Below are positions 48,243 through 48,595 of a DNA stretch of 48,595 nt, in pieces. How positions within the stretch are numbered: position 1 is the first letter of the stretch; each line of letters starts with the position of its first letter. The stretch comes from an uncultured Bacteroidales bacterium (GTDB lineage: Bacteria; Bacteroidota; Bacteroidia; Bacteroidales; JAIPAH01). The DNA is taken from positions 1 through 48,595 of the forward strand of contig CAYFQK010000001.1 of the NCBI GenBank assembly GCA_964345255.1, written 5' to 3'. The notes beneath the pieces were generated by a model. That model did no database searches and had not been told where the DNA came from. It saw nothing but the letters and a program-made list of their open reading frames with translations. The translations under genes were made by a program, and so were the position numbers.

Positions 48243-48595
48243 ATGAAAACAAAATTATCAATATTAGCCGTTGCATTCCTGATAGGAATAGCTGCTTTCG
48301 CCGGAAATGAAAATGATTCAGAAGAATCTTCAGCCAGGAATGCCAGTAAAAATTCAACTACCCTGGTTCAGGGACAGGTAATGGATTTAACATCCGGTGA
48401 AAGTATTGCAGGCGCCGAAGTTAAAATAAAAGGATCGACGAAAAGGACCTATACCGATTTTGATGGGAATTTTTCCTTTCAAAATATGGAGCCCGGAAAT
48501 TACGACATTATCGTCTCGTATATATCGTATAACAAAAGTTTACTGGAAGATATAGAGGTAACATCCGGTCAATCGGAAAATTTACGTGTTAAGTT
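48243..48595 (+). CDS. Partial (5' end only) secreted protein starting with a carboxypeptidase-regulatory-like domain, possibly a TonB-dependent receptor
   Basis: My own translation gives MKTKLSILAVAFLIGIAAFAG...LVQGQVMDLTSGESIAGAEVKIKGSTKRTYTDFDGNFSFQNMEPGNYDIIVSYISY. The ORF runs off the window end, so it is not in the supplied ORF track. Confidence 0.55.
   Translation, partial: MKTKLSILAVAFLIGIAAFAGNENDSEESSARNASKNSTTLVQGQVMDLTSGESIAGAEVKIKGSTKRTYTDFDGNFSFQNMEPGNYDIIVSYISYNKSLLEDIEVTSGQSENLRVK

Noticed and set aside
1-48595. CRISPR arrays, restriction-modification, toxin-antitoxin, retron or other defence-type modules
   Set aside because: There are no short regularly spaced repeats. I recognised no methyltransferase, helicase-nuclease, reverse transcriptase or small paired ORFs. 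The only nuclease-fold candidate is the DUF429-like gene, which sits in the photolyase operon.

Overview
This 48.6-kb chromosomal segment looks like a Bacteroidota genome. Two secreted proteins carry T9SS C-terminal sorting domains, many genes are preceded by TAnnTTTG-type -7 promoter boxes, ccsBA is fused, and the bamD-rpoZ-coaBC-DUF4835-recN block is present. I call about 37 densely packed protein genes and 2 tRNAs. Most are housekeeping: gyrA, clpC, recN, coaBC, fabI, serC/serA, etfBA plus an acyl-CoA dehydrogenase, yggS, an MsbA-like ABC exporter and two large sensor kinases. I found no CRISPR array, rRNA, transposase or integrase, and no recognisable defence or toxin module. I cannot point to a convincing new multi-gene system. 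The items that deserve a second look are: (1) a 1034-aa DUF4397-repeat T9SS cargo gene containing a 690-bp in-frame tandem duplication with a 578-bp base-for-base identical run; (2) a tightly coupled SRPBCC / DUF429-like RNase-H-fold / [4Fe-4S] (6-4)-photolyase-type operon; (3) a Lon-N-terminal-domain gene split by one in-frame TAG; (4) a T9SS cargo with a CXXCH haem motif divergent from ccsBA, and a P460-like haem lipoprotein; (5) a membrane-anchored or secreted ankyrin-PPP phosphatase next to an unassigned secreted protein with weak CotH-kinase-like motifs; (6) an Etf whose beta subunit carries the clostridial (bifurcating-type) DGDTAQVGP signature. All family assignments come from reading motifs in the supplied translations. 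No database search or statistic was run.
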